64,000 bases of DNA, from NCBI GenBank assembly GCA_043805415.1, contig JAZDHZ010000007.1, positions 93,786 through 157,785 of the forward strand. The letters run 5' to 3'. Shown piece by piece: positions 8,101 to 16,278 of the stretch. The notes beneath the pieces were generated by a model. It did no database searches. It saw only the letters and a list, made by a program, of their open reading frames with translations, and was not told the DNA's origin. Position 1 is the first letter of the stretch, and every line of letters starts with the position of its first letter. The translations under genes and the position numbers were made by a program. This DNA is from Candidatus Omnitrophota bacterium (GTDB taxonomy: Bacteria; Omnitrophota; Gorgyraeia; B26-G9).

Positions 8101-9184
8101 GTTTATATTGATCATTAAACATAAAGCCGAAAACCGCTCTTTCCGCTTTTTGATCAGCCGTCAGGTTAATACTGCCGATACATTCAAATTCTCGCTCATT
8201 CTCCAGTTTAACCTGGATTTGCGCGCTTATCCGATTAGCCCATTGCCCCTGGACAAGAAAAAAATCTTTTTCGGTTTTAATTACCTGCCAATTCGCCTCC
8301 CAGGACATCAGCCATTTATCCCAGAGTTTTAAGCTTAAATACCCGCCAAAATCAGCGGTTATCGGTTTTCCGTCCCAAAGCAAGACAAGCCTTCCGCTAT
8401 TAAAAATAATGCTCAGTTTTTCCTGGTCAATGCAGGCAATAGCCTGTTTCTGCCCCACTGCCTGGACATAGCGGATAATTGATTTATGGATTGAGTCATC
8501 TTTTACTATCTGTCCGGTTTTCAGCAAAATACCCCGGGTGGCAATCCGGCTTAAAGAATCCAGATCATGGGAAACAATTACCACGGTCGCACCTTGTTTG
8601 TTCATTTCCATTATTCGCTTTAAACACTTAGCCTGAAACTCGGCATCGCCCACAGCCAGACTGTCATCAATCAGGAAAATATCCGGATTTACATGCACAG
8701 CCACGGAAAAGCCTAAACGCACGAGCATGCCCTGGGAATAAGTTTTTACCTGAGAGTCAATGAACTCATTTAGCCCGGAAAATTCAACGATTTCAGCAAA
8801 CAGGGCGTGAGTCTGTTTTTTACTCAAACCATAAAGCGCGGCATCAAGATAGATATTTTCTCTTCCGGTTAATTCCGGATGAAATCCCGCGCCTAAATCA
8901 AGCAGTCCCGCTACTTTGCCTTTAACATATATTTGCCCGCTGGAGGGCACCGTGATTTGGCTGATAATCCTCAGAATTGTTGTTTTGCCTGAAGCGTTTT
9001 CTCCGATAATCCCCAGAATCTCGCCTTTTTGCACTGAGAAACTAATATCTTTTAATGCCAAGACCTCGCGCTTGTTCCGGGCTTTTTTAAAAAAAGACAG
9101 AAAATTGCTGACTAAGAATTGTTTCCCTGAATTAAAACAATACTTTTTGCTGATGTTTTTCAGTTCAATAACTTTTTCTGACAT
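5129..9184 (-). CDS. Polysaccharide-exporter ABC ATPase (Wzt/TagH-like) fused to a ~1,100-aa C-terminal extension of five repeat modules
   Basis: Walker A GENASGKTT (aa 61-69; nt ~8978-9004), signature YSQGMLVRLGF, Walker B IFLIDDSLAVGD, H-loop VSHD. It lies next to an ABC-2 permease. From aa ~250 onward the protein is non-ATPase and internally repetitive. Confidence 0.85.
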   Translation of the reverse strand: MSEKVIELKNISKKYCFNSGKQFLVSNFLSFFKKARNKREVLALKDISFSVQKGEILGIIGENASGKTTILRIISQITVPSSGQIYVKGKVAGLLDLGAGFHPELTGRENIYLDAALYGLSKKQTHALFAEIVEFSGLNEFIDSQVKTYSQGMLVRLGFSVAVHVNPDIFLIDDSLAVGDAEFQAKCLKRIMEMNKQGATVVIVSHDLDSLSRIATRGILLKTGQIVKDDSIHKSIIRYVQAVGQKQAIACIDQEKLSIIFNSGRLVLLWDGKPITADFGGYLSLKLWDKWLMSWEANWQVIKTEKDFFLVQGQWANRISAQIQVKLENEREFECIGSINLTADQKAERAVFGFMFNDQYKHYLDADKIKPMRAAENFTTEQCQDLYRTDQKEALLVLSAADSDIPAVWANFNIDQQRGFGLIQRQEGFAANIIQTHVFLDQKQSAVCKTLIQLLDKKQLEQKLRQQQEKIRISKDSLTLKLEEKSFQLFNGTEQISKGFGLVCGFKQQNHVYNIFEGKWKITKISEAEFAVDSEFFTQQIQVRLNLILTGKELLLKMSLKNGQSLEQSQSLIWIDADLTDDYDSYFELTQENDFLPAIEFDEKVILKHNKCGFVGLSSKARQDKHFIAEADDNARIDLYNCRQELSTRRIRISSQDSASINCRMMVIEQSEEKQRFIAKQRDKFNSANLLGNDSLRIDCGQDRIRLFFGQTEITAALAGFSSGIFLNKRWYESHGVAKKIEKKDNYLLVSIQRKFPKVKESWRIELKQHSLIWNVYLDPLELNDAFEYKVGIILNPRFRQWINAYEKNRFSNDAQEIKLIDLTELNSCLLGACTDDAGCAVLFKHNSLSEFAYTPLLQYSNRSRNLQFQAKLNPGELNDQKPVFSAELDIVDPESWQKGIDEYCEQDFSIVCSETCRLTAKQQKTELYYQNKLISADCGLAVIVSAYDEFDSFQGHWQIKKQDPHTLFIKITYNNPLLVQNWYLQEKAGYISWIVELEVLEQTAIYALTINMFLPKVFRHWLSELGKGVIALNDHDQGFQAIDLIDNRSRYIVLKQTDLAAEQSAEIAFAPLADMGQWLLQIFKPANKEIIVLGVKRLLAEQAFVLEPGKHEIFKANILLSSEEKKINDFNHNCVQKKTLPLKELNKGRIKLVLDQARIRLFYDRKELTNGLCLYTAMKTKDYWFDSSQLLLQLDKTADMIRLKFKADCLIAHTQEIEYGDDNEILWRIYFELDPALIEDIAVGIMLNKEFVNWQVSEHPRKFGMFAPRSNPDVWRQVAESKNKMKVFAENSKLPEISWEAWCSVDWDNIIKDTDENHNSRVILSKTKNITVQDKKIEFKIKIKVNKDKE
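5132..8416 (-). other. Five tandem ~220-aa protein repeat modules within the ATPase extension
   Basis: Module anchors of type x-I/L-x-L-F/Y..G.E.IT...GL lie at aa ~257, 478, 696, 917 and 1149 (nt ~8416, 7753, 7099, 6436, 5740). Examples: LSIIFNSGRLVLLWDGKPIT; LTLKLEEKSFQLFNGTEQIS; LRIDCGQDRIRLFFGQTEIT; CRLTAKQQKTELYYQNKLIS; IKLVLDQARIRLFYDRKELT. Each is followed by W..W.(I/V) and L.W.(I/V) motifs. Confidence 0.6.
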
Positions 9185-9208
9185 TATTTTTTCCTTAACC
9201 TGCTCATT

Positions 9209-9988
9209 TTAAGTAAAATCAGCGAAAAATTTCTTATTATTCCTAAATAAAACAATGCCCAATATCCCAAAGCCAAGGCTTATGCCCAGCATCCAGCCAA
9301 GGGCAAAAAAACCGGGAACTTTAGCATAAAGCAAAATATCCCGGTAAGCGTTTATATACAAGCTCAAGGGATTAAGGTAAAAAAATCCTCGGATATTTTC
9401 CGGAACCAAAGACAAAGGATAAAAAATCGGAGTAGCATAAAACCATACCAGCATAATCAGCTCAATAATATATTTCACATCCCGGTAAAAAGTATGCAAA
9501 GCCGCCACAGACAGGCAAAGCCCAACAATAAATACAGTCTGAAGAATGATTATCAGCGGCAGATAAACCCACGGCCAGCTGGGGAAAATTCTAAAATAAG
9601 CTAAAAACGCGAATAGGAGAAACTGGGAAATAAGAAAATTAAACAGATTCGCGCAAACAACGGAAAGCGGAATCACTTCATAAGGAAAATAAGCTTTTTT
9701 AATCAGACTGGCATTATCGACTATTGAAGTCGCGGCCGCGGTTAAAGAAAAATTCAGAAAAAACCAGGGCAAAAGCGCGCTCAGAAGAAATACCGGATAA
9801 TTGGCAATCTGGATCTTCATAATAAAAGTAAACACCAGGCTGAAAACCAGCATTAAAAGCAAAGGATTGAGCAAAGACCATAGCCAGCCTAAGACCGCTG
9901 ACTTATACTTTATTTTTATTTCTTTTTTAGTCAGGCTGATAATCAAATTGCGGTAAGCATAAATGCTTTTTATATAAGCGTAACTCAT
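9209..9988 (-). CDS. ABC-2 type polysaccharide-exporter permease (Wzm/TagG-like)
   Basis: 259 aa with about six hydrophobic segments. The N-terminal 'YRNLIISLTKKEIKIKYKSAVLGWLWSLLNPL' is typical of ABC-2 permeases. It sits immediately upstream of the cognate ATPase. Confidence 0.8.
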   Translation of the reverse strand: MSYAYIKSIYAYRNLIISLTKKEIKIKYKSAVLGWLWSLLNPLLLMLVFSLVFTFIMKIQIANYPVFLLSALLPWFFLNFSLTAAATSIVDNASLIKKAYFPYEVIPLSVVCANLFNFLISQFLLFAFLAYFRIFPSWPWVYLPLIIILQTVFIVGLCLSVAALHTFYRDVKYIIELIMLVWFYATPIFYPLSLVPENIRGFFYLNPLSLYINAYRDILLYAKVPGFFALGWMLGISLGFGILGIVLFRNNKKFFADFT

Positions 9989-11277
9989 AGTTTATTTATC
10001 TCCTGAGCAATAACCTTTCCATCAATAATCACATCTTCCATTGACATGTATTTCCATTGCCCAAACCGTCCCACGGGAAAGATATTATTCGCTTTTAAAA
10101 AATCATTCAGCGCCTGCATGCTCAGACGATAATTATGATCATATACAACATAGGCATATTTAATATTATGCGCGTGGGAAACTAAAATAAGATCATCCTT
10201 GGTTAAAATCCCAGCGCTGATCAAATCATTTTGGATTATTTTATTTATATCTTTTTTGGGCAAAGGTTTATTTTCGGAATATGATACTTCCGCGTATAAA
10301 GAACTTTTATTCGCGGGAGCAACATTCTGCGAAAAATTCATCGGAAACCCCAGCCGAAAAAAAACAAACTTATCTTCCGGATAATAAATCCAGTGTTTAT
10401 CACTTATCCGCGGCCGGTCAATGCCCAGATTAAGATTATATATTGAGATATATCTAAGCTGGGAAAACGCGGTTTTTACTTTTTCCGGCATCTTATTAAC
10501 AATTAGTTTCTTTAATTCAATCATCGGCAAAGAACAAATAAGCTGCGTAAACTTTTCGGTTCGGCCATTATTAAATTTTACTGTTTTCTGCTCGAGATCT
10601 ATTGCCTGCGTCTCATGTTCAGTATATATGTTTTTGACCTGGTTAGCAAAAGCTTTTGCCAGCTGATCAATTCCCCCGGTTTGCGGATACCAGAATTCAC
10701 TATTATAACCCAAGGCTTTGGTTTTTAAAGTAAATGCTCCATCCAGGACTGTTTTTATTTTTACCTGAGGAACATAATTCACTGTCCAATCAGCTATAAG
10801 CTCTTGCGGCGGCACAGTCCAAAATTTATAGTTATAGGGATACATGAAATATTTTGTTATCCCCTTGCCAAACCTATCTAACATCCACTCGTAAAGATTT
10901 TGCTGGTCATTATCTTTTGTTTTCAATGAGGCTTTGAGCATTCCGAGAATGCATTTTTTTACTATTTGCAAAGGCAAGCCAAAAGTATTTGCCTGAAAAG
11001 GATATTTCGTATAGATATCATGAGAGTAAATCCAGGCATTACGCTTATGGCTAGATAATAAATCCGGCAAAAGTTTATTAATTAATTGTTTAACATAATT
11101 GGTTTTAAAATGCAGAAGATGCCCATCATAATCAAAAATAAAACCATTCACCAAATCAGTGCGGGCAAGACCGCCGACCTGGTCTTCTTTTTCAAATATC
11201 TTAACTTCATCCTGAATATGAAAAGCAGTGCTTAATCCAGCAAGCCCAGCACCTAAAATTATAATTTTCTTACTCAT
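9985..11277 (-). CDS. FAD/NAD(P)-binding oxidoreductase, UDP-galactopyranose-mutase / amine-oxidase-like
   Basis: N-terminal Rossmann motif KIIILGAGLAGLSTA (GxGxxG) followed by 'IFEKEDQVGG'. The C-terminal 'GRFGQWKYMSMEDVI' resembles the Glf-family C-terminus. 4-nt ATGA overlaps with both neighbours. The exact activity is not determinable. Confidence 0.6.
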   Translation of the reverse strand: MSKKIIILGAGLAGLSTAFHIQDEVKIFEKEDQVGGLARTDLVNGFIFDYDGHLLHFKTNYVKQLINKLLPDLLSSHKRNAWIYSHDIYTKYPFQANTFGLPLQIVKKCILGMLKASLKTKDNDQQNLYEWMLDRFGKGITKYFMYPYNYKFWTVPPQELIADWTVNYVPQVKIKTVLDGAFTLKTKALGYNSEFWYPQTGGIDQLAKAFANQVKNIYTEHETQAIDLEQKTVKFNNGRTEKFTQLICSLPMIELKKLIVNKMPEKVKTAFSQLRYISIYNLNLGIDRPRISDKHWIYYPEDKFVFFRLGFPMNFSQNVAPANKSSLYAEVSYSENKPLPKKDINKIIQNDLISAGILTKDDLILVSHAHNIKYAYVVYDHNYRLSMQALNDFLKANNIFPVGRFGQWKYMSMEDVIIDGKVIAQEINKL

Positions 11278-12290
11278 TCATTTATTTCCAATCGGCTTAA
11301 TTTCATTCCGACTAAACACATAATGCTAATAACCAATAAAAACATAAATAAACCCAAAGTATTTGAACCGAGAAAAATCACTAATGCGCAGCAATTAGTG
11401 ATAATCGCCAGGATGATCATTATCCGCAATATCGATCCCTTGGAAATTCCGATTTTAAGCATTCTGAATACAAAATGATCATTACTTTTCATAAAAATAG
11501 ATTTTTTTTGCCTAAACCGCACAAAAATAACAAAAAGCATATCAAAAAGCGGTAAAGCCAGGATTACTAGAGGGATAACCAAACCGATTTCATGACCTGT
11601 GGGCGCGAAACTTAATGATATTGCCATTACTGCCAGGGAAAACCCCAAAAACTGACTGCCCGCATCACCCATAAATATCCGCGCCGGAGGCAGATTATAT
11701 TTTAAAAAAGCAATTAAAACCGCACACTGAAGTCCGGCGATAAGGATAACAAAATGATTGTTTGTTAAAACCGCAAAAATCAAAAAAACAATCGTACTGA
11801 TTAAAGCCACGCCCCCAGCCAGCCCATCAAGTATATCCAGCAGATTAAACGCGTTAATCAATAAAATAATCCAGAAAAAACTCAAAACTATATTAAAAAA
11901 AGTGTTCAGATAAACAATCTCTGTTCGCATCACAAAACCAATTAGCAGCATTGCCCCGAGGAATTGCCCTGCCAGTTTTTCCCTGGGATTCATTTCTTTA
12001 ATATCATCATAAAAGCCAAGCAATGTGATAATCGCGGCTGCCAGCATAAACATACAGAATCCAAATAAGTCAATCGAGAAACAAGGAAAGCGGACAAACG
12101 CGAAACCAAGAATTAAAAACACACTGAACATGCCGATTCCGCCAAGATAAGGAACCTGTCTTGGATCTATTTTTTGCGGAGCAGGACCAGTAACAAAACC
12201 CTTAGCTTTCGCGAATTTTTCCAACAAGGGCAATAAAAAATAGCATAAGCCAAAAGCACTGATAAATAATAAACCAATAGTACTGGACAT
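11274..12290 (-). CDS. Glycosyltransferase family 4 polyprenyl-phosphate sugar-1-phosphate transferase (WecA/MraY family)
   Basis: Polytopic membrane protein with the family motifs 'FYDDIKE', 'NAFNLLDILDGLAGG' and 'FMGDAGSQFLGF'. It is the first gene of the glycan-export operon. Confidence 0.8.
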   Translation of the reverse strand: MSSTIGLLFISAFGLCYFLLPLLEKFAKAKGFVTGPAPQKIDPRQVPYLGGIGMFSVFLILGFAFVRFPCFSIDLFGFCMFMLAAAIITLLGFYDDIKEMNPREKLAGQFLGAMLLIGFVMRTEIVYLNTFFNIVLSFFWIILLINAFNLLDILDGLAGGVALISTIVFLIFAVLTNNHFVILIAGLQCAVLIAFLKYNLPPARIFMGDAGSQFLGFSLAVMAISLSFAPTGHEIGLVIPLVILALPLFDMLFVIFVRFRQKKSIFMKSNDHFVFRMLKIGISKGSILRIMIILAIITNCCALVIFLGSNTLGLFMFLLVISIMCLVGMKLSRLEINE

Positions 12291-12478
12291 AATTTAAACC
12301 TTATATATTTTAATTCAGAACAGAGGTGACTCCCCACTATAATTTACAGACAATACAATTAATACAGGGCTAGATTAGCTTGCTTAGATAAAAACAGCCT
12401 GTGCTTTGCTGAAAATTGAAGCTAATTATTCGCAACACCTTGAAATTATAAATAGTTAGACTATTTTCGTGTAAAAAT

Positions 12479-12507
12479 AATATAGCAAAAAACAGCTAAG
12501 TTGTCAA
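12479..12507 (-). promoter_or_regulatory. Candidate sigma70-type promoter for the wecA-like operon
   Basis: The minus strand reads TTGACA (12507-12502), a 17-nt spacer, then TATATT (12484-12479), about 190 nt upstream of the ATG at 12290. AT-rich background makes chance matches possible. Confidence 0.4.
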
Positions 12508-12625
12508 ATGAATAGAATCTGTAAATCAGAAAGGAAAACAGGAGAAATAAAGGAATTTTAAAAGTCAGGAATTGCTATGGAAATATGGTTTATTCCGCGG
12601 ACTCAACTTAAGACAAACATATAAC

Positions 12626-13009
12626 TTATGACGACAGCTCTAATCCTTCGAGAAAATCATCAACAATTTTTTTATTCTGGTCATTTTTCCACCAGGAAAA
12701 GCTTATCCCTGATCTATATTTATCAGCATCCTGGTAAGTCCATTCCACTTTGCCGAAAACTCTTATTGGGCTAATAGTTTCATTTAGTAAAATATCTATA
12801 CTTAGACGTGTGCCAACAGCCATTGTTTCTTTTGAATAAATTCCTGCGCCGAAAAGAGTAAAATCCCGCAAAAAGCATTCTGTTCCGTTCCAATAGCGAA
12901 ACCATGCCTGCGGATCTAAGGGCCTAACCTGTACAGCTGATTTATCAGCTAATTTTCTTATATTCGCTCTCTGTTCCTTTGCGATAATATCCATATTTTT
13001 TTGCTCCAA
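12626..13009 (-). CDS. Stand-alone PilZ domain protein (putative c-di-GMP receptor)
   Basis: RxxxR (R-ANI-R) followed by a D-x-S/T-x-x-G-type motif (DFTLFGAG). About 55% identical by eye to the PilZ gene at 37540..37899 (shared RPLDPQ.WFR.WN, IRVFGKVEW, SFSWWK). Confidence 0.75.
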   Translation of the reverse strand: MEQKNMDIIAKEQRANIRKLADKSAVQVRPLDPQAWFRYWNGTECFLRDFTLFGAGIYSKETMAVGTRLSIDILLNETISPIRVFGKVEWTYQDADKYRSGISFSWWKNDQNKKIVDDFLEGLELSS

Positions 13010-13262
13010 TTCAGCTTATTTCAGATTAATAGTTTCTTTAATTTATTTGCTCTTATTTAATCTATTTTTCAAACCCGCAGAGAATAAATCAAAACTATTT
13101 CCCATAGTTTTATAAAGCCTTTTTAAATATTTCATAAGTTTACACTAATGTTTAATTTTTTGCAAATTATTTTTTAAAAATGACAACCATTTTCACGTCA
13201 CCGCGTCGTGGAACGGTTGCAGCCAAATGGATGAATTAAGTATTGTGTCCCTTTATTTACCT

Positions 13263-13937
13263 TTATTTAGGCAGGGAAATTGTAGCAGTATAGTCATTTT
13301 TGTAAAATTCAGGGTTTGTTGTTTGTGTGCCCATGCCCATTTCTATGGTAATCAATACTTCTATCTTGCTCGGCGCTCCGTCAGTTCGTGAATCCCAGTC
13401 AATGAATGGAGCTCCGGAGCTGTCAAAAAAAGTAAATTGTAAATCAGTGATATTTTCGGAAAATGGATCGCTTGATCCAGTATTAAAATTAAAATCAAAA
13501 CCAACCGGATCTAAGGTTTTTCTACCGTCAGTAACATAAAATCTTTCTAATACATCATCATTTAATTCCGCGGTTCCCTGCCCATCCAGCCAGAATCCAA
13601 CTTCACATAAATCGGATTTATCAGCTTCATTTGGATTTAAAGCAGCAATAAAATAAAGTTCATCGCCAATGCTATCTGTTCTCCATCCGCTGGGAGTGGT
13701 TTTATCAAATCCTAAACAATAAAAATTATTACCTTCTCTAATCACCGCGCTGGAAATCTCTCGAGTCATTCGATCTAAAACAACCCGCGCGATAGTCGTA
13801 GATTTTAAAATATTATCCGCCTTTTTCCAAGCACGCAAAGAAACATTAAAAACCGAATACAAAATCGCTATCAGTAAAGCAAGAATTCCGATAGAAACTA
13901 AAAGCTCAATCAGGGTAAATCCTTTTTTTAAAACCAT
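13263..13937 (-). CDS. Type II secretion / type IV pilus-like pseudopilin (GspJ/PulJ-like)
   Basis: Prepilin-type N-terminal cleavage/methylation motif KKG|FTLIELLVSIGILALL followed by 'VVLDRMTREISSA', as in minor pseudopilins. The start overlaps the stop of the upstream gene. Confidence 0.75.
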   Translation of the reverse strand: MVLKKGFTLIELLVSIGILALLIAILYSVFNVSLRAWKKADNILKSTTIARVVLDRMTREISSAVIREGNNFYCLGFDKTTPSGWRTDSIGDELYFIAALNPNEADKSDLCEVGFWLDGQGTAELNDDVLERFYVTDGRKTLDPVGFDFNFNTGSSDPFSENITDLQFTFFDSSGAPFIDWDSRTDGAPSKIEVLITIEMGMGTQTTNPEFYKNDYTATISLPK

Positions 13938-16240
13938 TAAAATGTTCCCTCATAAACAACTCGAACAATATGCCGGGTATCTAAAACAGCGCTCTGCCAT
14001 CCCAGGCCTTTAATATAATCACCCAGATCGCTAAACTGCAAAGAAATTTTACTATTTTCATCACACTGATAAATACACTCAAAATAAAGATTATGGTGTC
14101 CAACAACATCCCCATCTCTTCCATAATCTGAGACACGGCTATAGCGGTAAACAAGGCGGGTGCTTACATCTTCATTCAGCCAGTAACGAATATCCGCTCC
14201 GGTATAATTCATAAAATCATCTAATGTCGCGGCATAATTAAATTCATTATAAGTATATTCCAAGCCTATCTCCGTCCATTTATCCGGAGTTATAACCAAG
14301 CGGGTTTTACTAATATAATAATACGGATAAGGCGCCTGCGGATTAATATCAAGCCAGGTATAAAGATAATCGGGAAATTCAGGATACTCATTAGTTTTTT
14401 CTAATATTTCCTCTAAACTCAGCCATTGATTAAAATCATATTTAAATCCCGCTGATACTGTGCTTATATCCGGGCTTTTACCTTCAGCCGTGTCCGGACG
14501 ATTGTGCGCGAGCATCAAAAACTTGTAAAGCATTTGTTCGCTTGCTTGATAAGCCACCTCGCCTCTTAAAACATTTTCCACAAATGAATCATCTGTGGCA
14601 TTGCTGACATTGCGGAAATTAAGATAAACATCAGTGCCTTCAAATTTACCAAAATGAACATCGGCTGCTGAGACTTTTCTGTCTTTATCAATACTATTGC
14701 CAATCCGATAGTTTTCTTCATCATCGCCGCGGCGAAAAAATGCTATATGTCTGCCCCATTGCTGATCGTTTTTAGTGTAGTTATACGCTGCCAAGGGAGC
14801 TTCAAATTCCCGGCCCATTTGAGAGTATGAAAAACTGGAATCAATCGGCATTTCAAAAGGATCGATTTTACTTTTAAGCGCGACCGTATACGCGTCATCG
14901 TCGCTCTTTACTTCATAAGCTTCATTATTAGTATTATGTTCGGTTTTCGAAATCGCGGCTTCGGCTTTTATGGCGTGATACTCATTAATTTGATAAGAAG
15001 AATCAATGGCCATGGCCTGATCAAACGCGTCCTGACTATCATTATTAAACCCTACTCTTGAACTATAAATTGATCCCAGCATGAATTGATCAGAAAATTC
15101 TTTTTTAAACCTAAAGGCTAAAGGAATATTATTTACTTCAGTATAATCATCCCAAAGATCTAAAGGCGCTGCCATCATAAAATCCGTATAAATGCTGGCA
15201 ATTTCCCCTTCAAACCGAAAAGCTCTGAGCAAAGTAAGCCAGTTGCCGGCGCTGTCTCTTAAAACTTCGTCAGCCTGCCAGGCTCCGCTTGTCCAGCCTT
15301 CGGCTGTATATAACCTGCCGGGTATCCATTTATACAGCCACGGACTTGCCTGCCAAAAAATATGATTATTGACTAATTTCAGCGGATCATCGGAATACAT
15401 TGATATATTTTCTTCGGCATATAAAAATAAAATCATCCGGTATTCATCTTCTTTATAATCAAACCATAAAGCTTTTATTGGTTTTAACTCCATATCAACT
15501 TTTAATTCCGGAATGTCTATTCTATGCGTATCTGATCCATATGATCCAAAAACAGTTGTGGGCGGGGCAAAGCCGTTGGAGACTTTTGCTTCCGGCAAAT
15601 TAAATGTATCTCCGGCCGCGGAACGCACTGTTTGCGGATATAGATTACCCGTATTAGACCAGTATTTTAACTGAAACTCTACTGGATCCGCGCCATCAAC
15701 CGCTCCATACCAGCTAGGCAAAGTGATTTTTTGTGACTTACCGACAAAAGCCCAGGGGTCGATGGATATTTTTGTATACAGGGAAAGCTTATCATTTATC
15801 GGAGCATCAATGCTTAACTGCAATTGATTGTAGATGGAAGGGTCATAAGTATTATAACGGTTCTCGCCATAAACCCAACGCCAGGAACGCTCCCGCTGAA
15901 GATAATTAGCGTCTTTCCAAATTAAGTCCGAAGTATCGGATCCTAAATTAAACCGGAAACTCCCTTTTACTACCGGCTCATAAAGCAGTTCATCTTTCGC
16001 GTAGTCTTCCTGAGCCAGCGCGTAAACATCAGGATCATATAGGTCGGAATACTCCTGATCAATAACTTCACTGCTTTGATCTTGAGCAAAAGTAAATGGG
16101 CAAAAAAAGATATAGTTTAATCCTAAAAATAAAATTATGAATTTAAACAGATAAGCTGATAAGCCGCTACCGCTAAAAAAAAATCTCTTTAGCTTCTTTA
16201 ACTTCTCAAGTAAAACATTTTGATTTCGCATATTTATCAA
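13937..16240 (-). CDS. Putative outer-membrane beta-barrel protein
   Basis: N-terminal hydrophobic signal (LFKFIILFLGLNYIFFCPFTFAQD). It is Tyr/Asp/Asn/Trp-rich with an alternating pattern and ends in an aromatic residue (...VVYEGTF), as OMP barrels typically do. No family was recognised. Confidence 0.45.
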   Translation of the reverse strand: MINMRNQNVLLEKLKKLKRFFFSGSGLSAYLFKFIILFLGLNYIFFCPFTFAQDQSSEVIDQEYSDLYDPDVYALAQEDYAKDELLYEPVVKGSFRFNLGSDTSDLIWKDANYLQRERSWRWVYGENRYNTYDPSIYNQLQLSIDAPINDKLSLYTKISIDPWAFVGKSQKITLPSWYGAVDGADPVEFQLKYWSNTGNLYPQTVRSAAGDTFNLPEAKVSNGFAPPTTVFGSYGSDTHRIDIPELKVDMELKPIKALWFDYKEDEYRMILFLYAEENISMYSDDPLKLVNNHIFWQASPWLYKWIPGRLYTAEGWTSGAWQADEVLRDSAGNWLTLLRAFRFEGEIASIYTDFMMAAPLDLWDDYTEVNNIPLAFRFKKEFSDQFMLGSIYSSRVGFNNDSQDAFDQAMAIDSSYQINEYHAIKAEAAISKTEHNTNNEAYEVKSDDDAYTVALKSKIDPFEMPIDSSFSYSQMGREFEAPLAAYNYTKNDQQWGRHIAFFRRGDDEENYRIGNSIDKDRKVSAADVHFGKFEGTDVYLNFRNVSNATDDSFVENVLRGEVAYQASEQMLYKFLMLAHNRPDTAEGKSPDISTVSAGFKYDFNQWLSLEEILEKTNEYPEFPDYLYTWLDINPQAPYPYYYISKTRLVITPDKWTEIGLEYTYNEFNYAATLDDFMNYTGADIRYWLNEDVSTRLVYRYSRVSDYGRDGDVVGHHNLYFECIYQCDENSKISLQFSDLGDYIKGLGWQSAVLDTRHIVRVVYEGTF

Positions 16241-16278
16241 CCGTCCTTGGCTAAACTACACTATTCATAGTTAATTTC

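Noticed and set aside
12291-13262. Search for tRNA or small RNA genes in the longer spacers (also 26526..26829, 34716..35037, 36857..37539)
   Set aside because: I could not trace a cloverleaf-compatible acceptor/T-arm pairing or any conserved RNA motif by eye. Only promoter-like, terminator-like and heptad-repeat sequences were found.
13263-13937. Calling a complete type II secretion or type IV pilus system
   Set aside because: Only one minor-pseudopilin-like gene is present. No secretin, ATPase, platform or prepilin peptidase occurs in this window.
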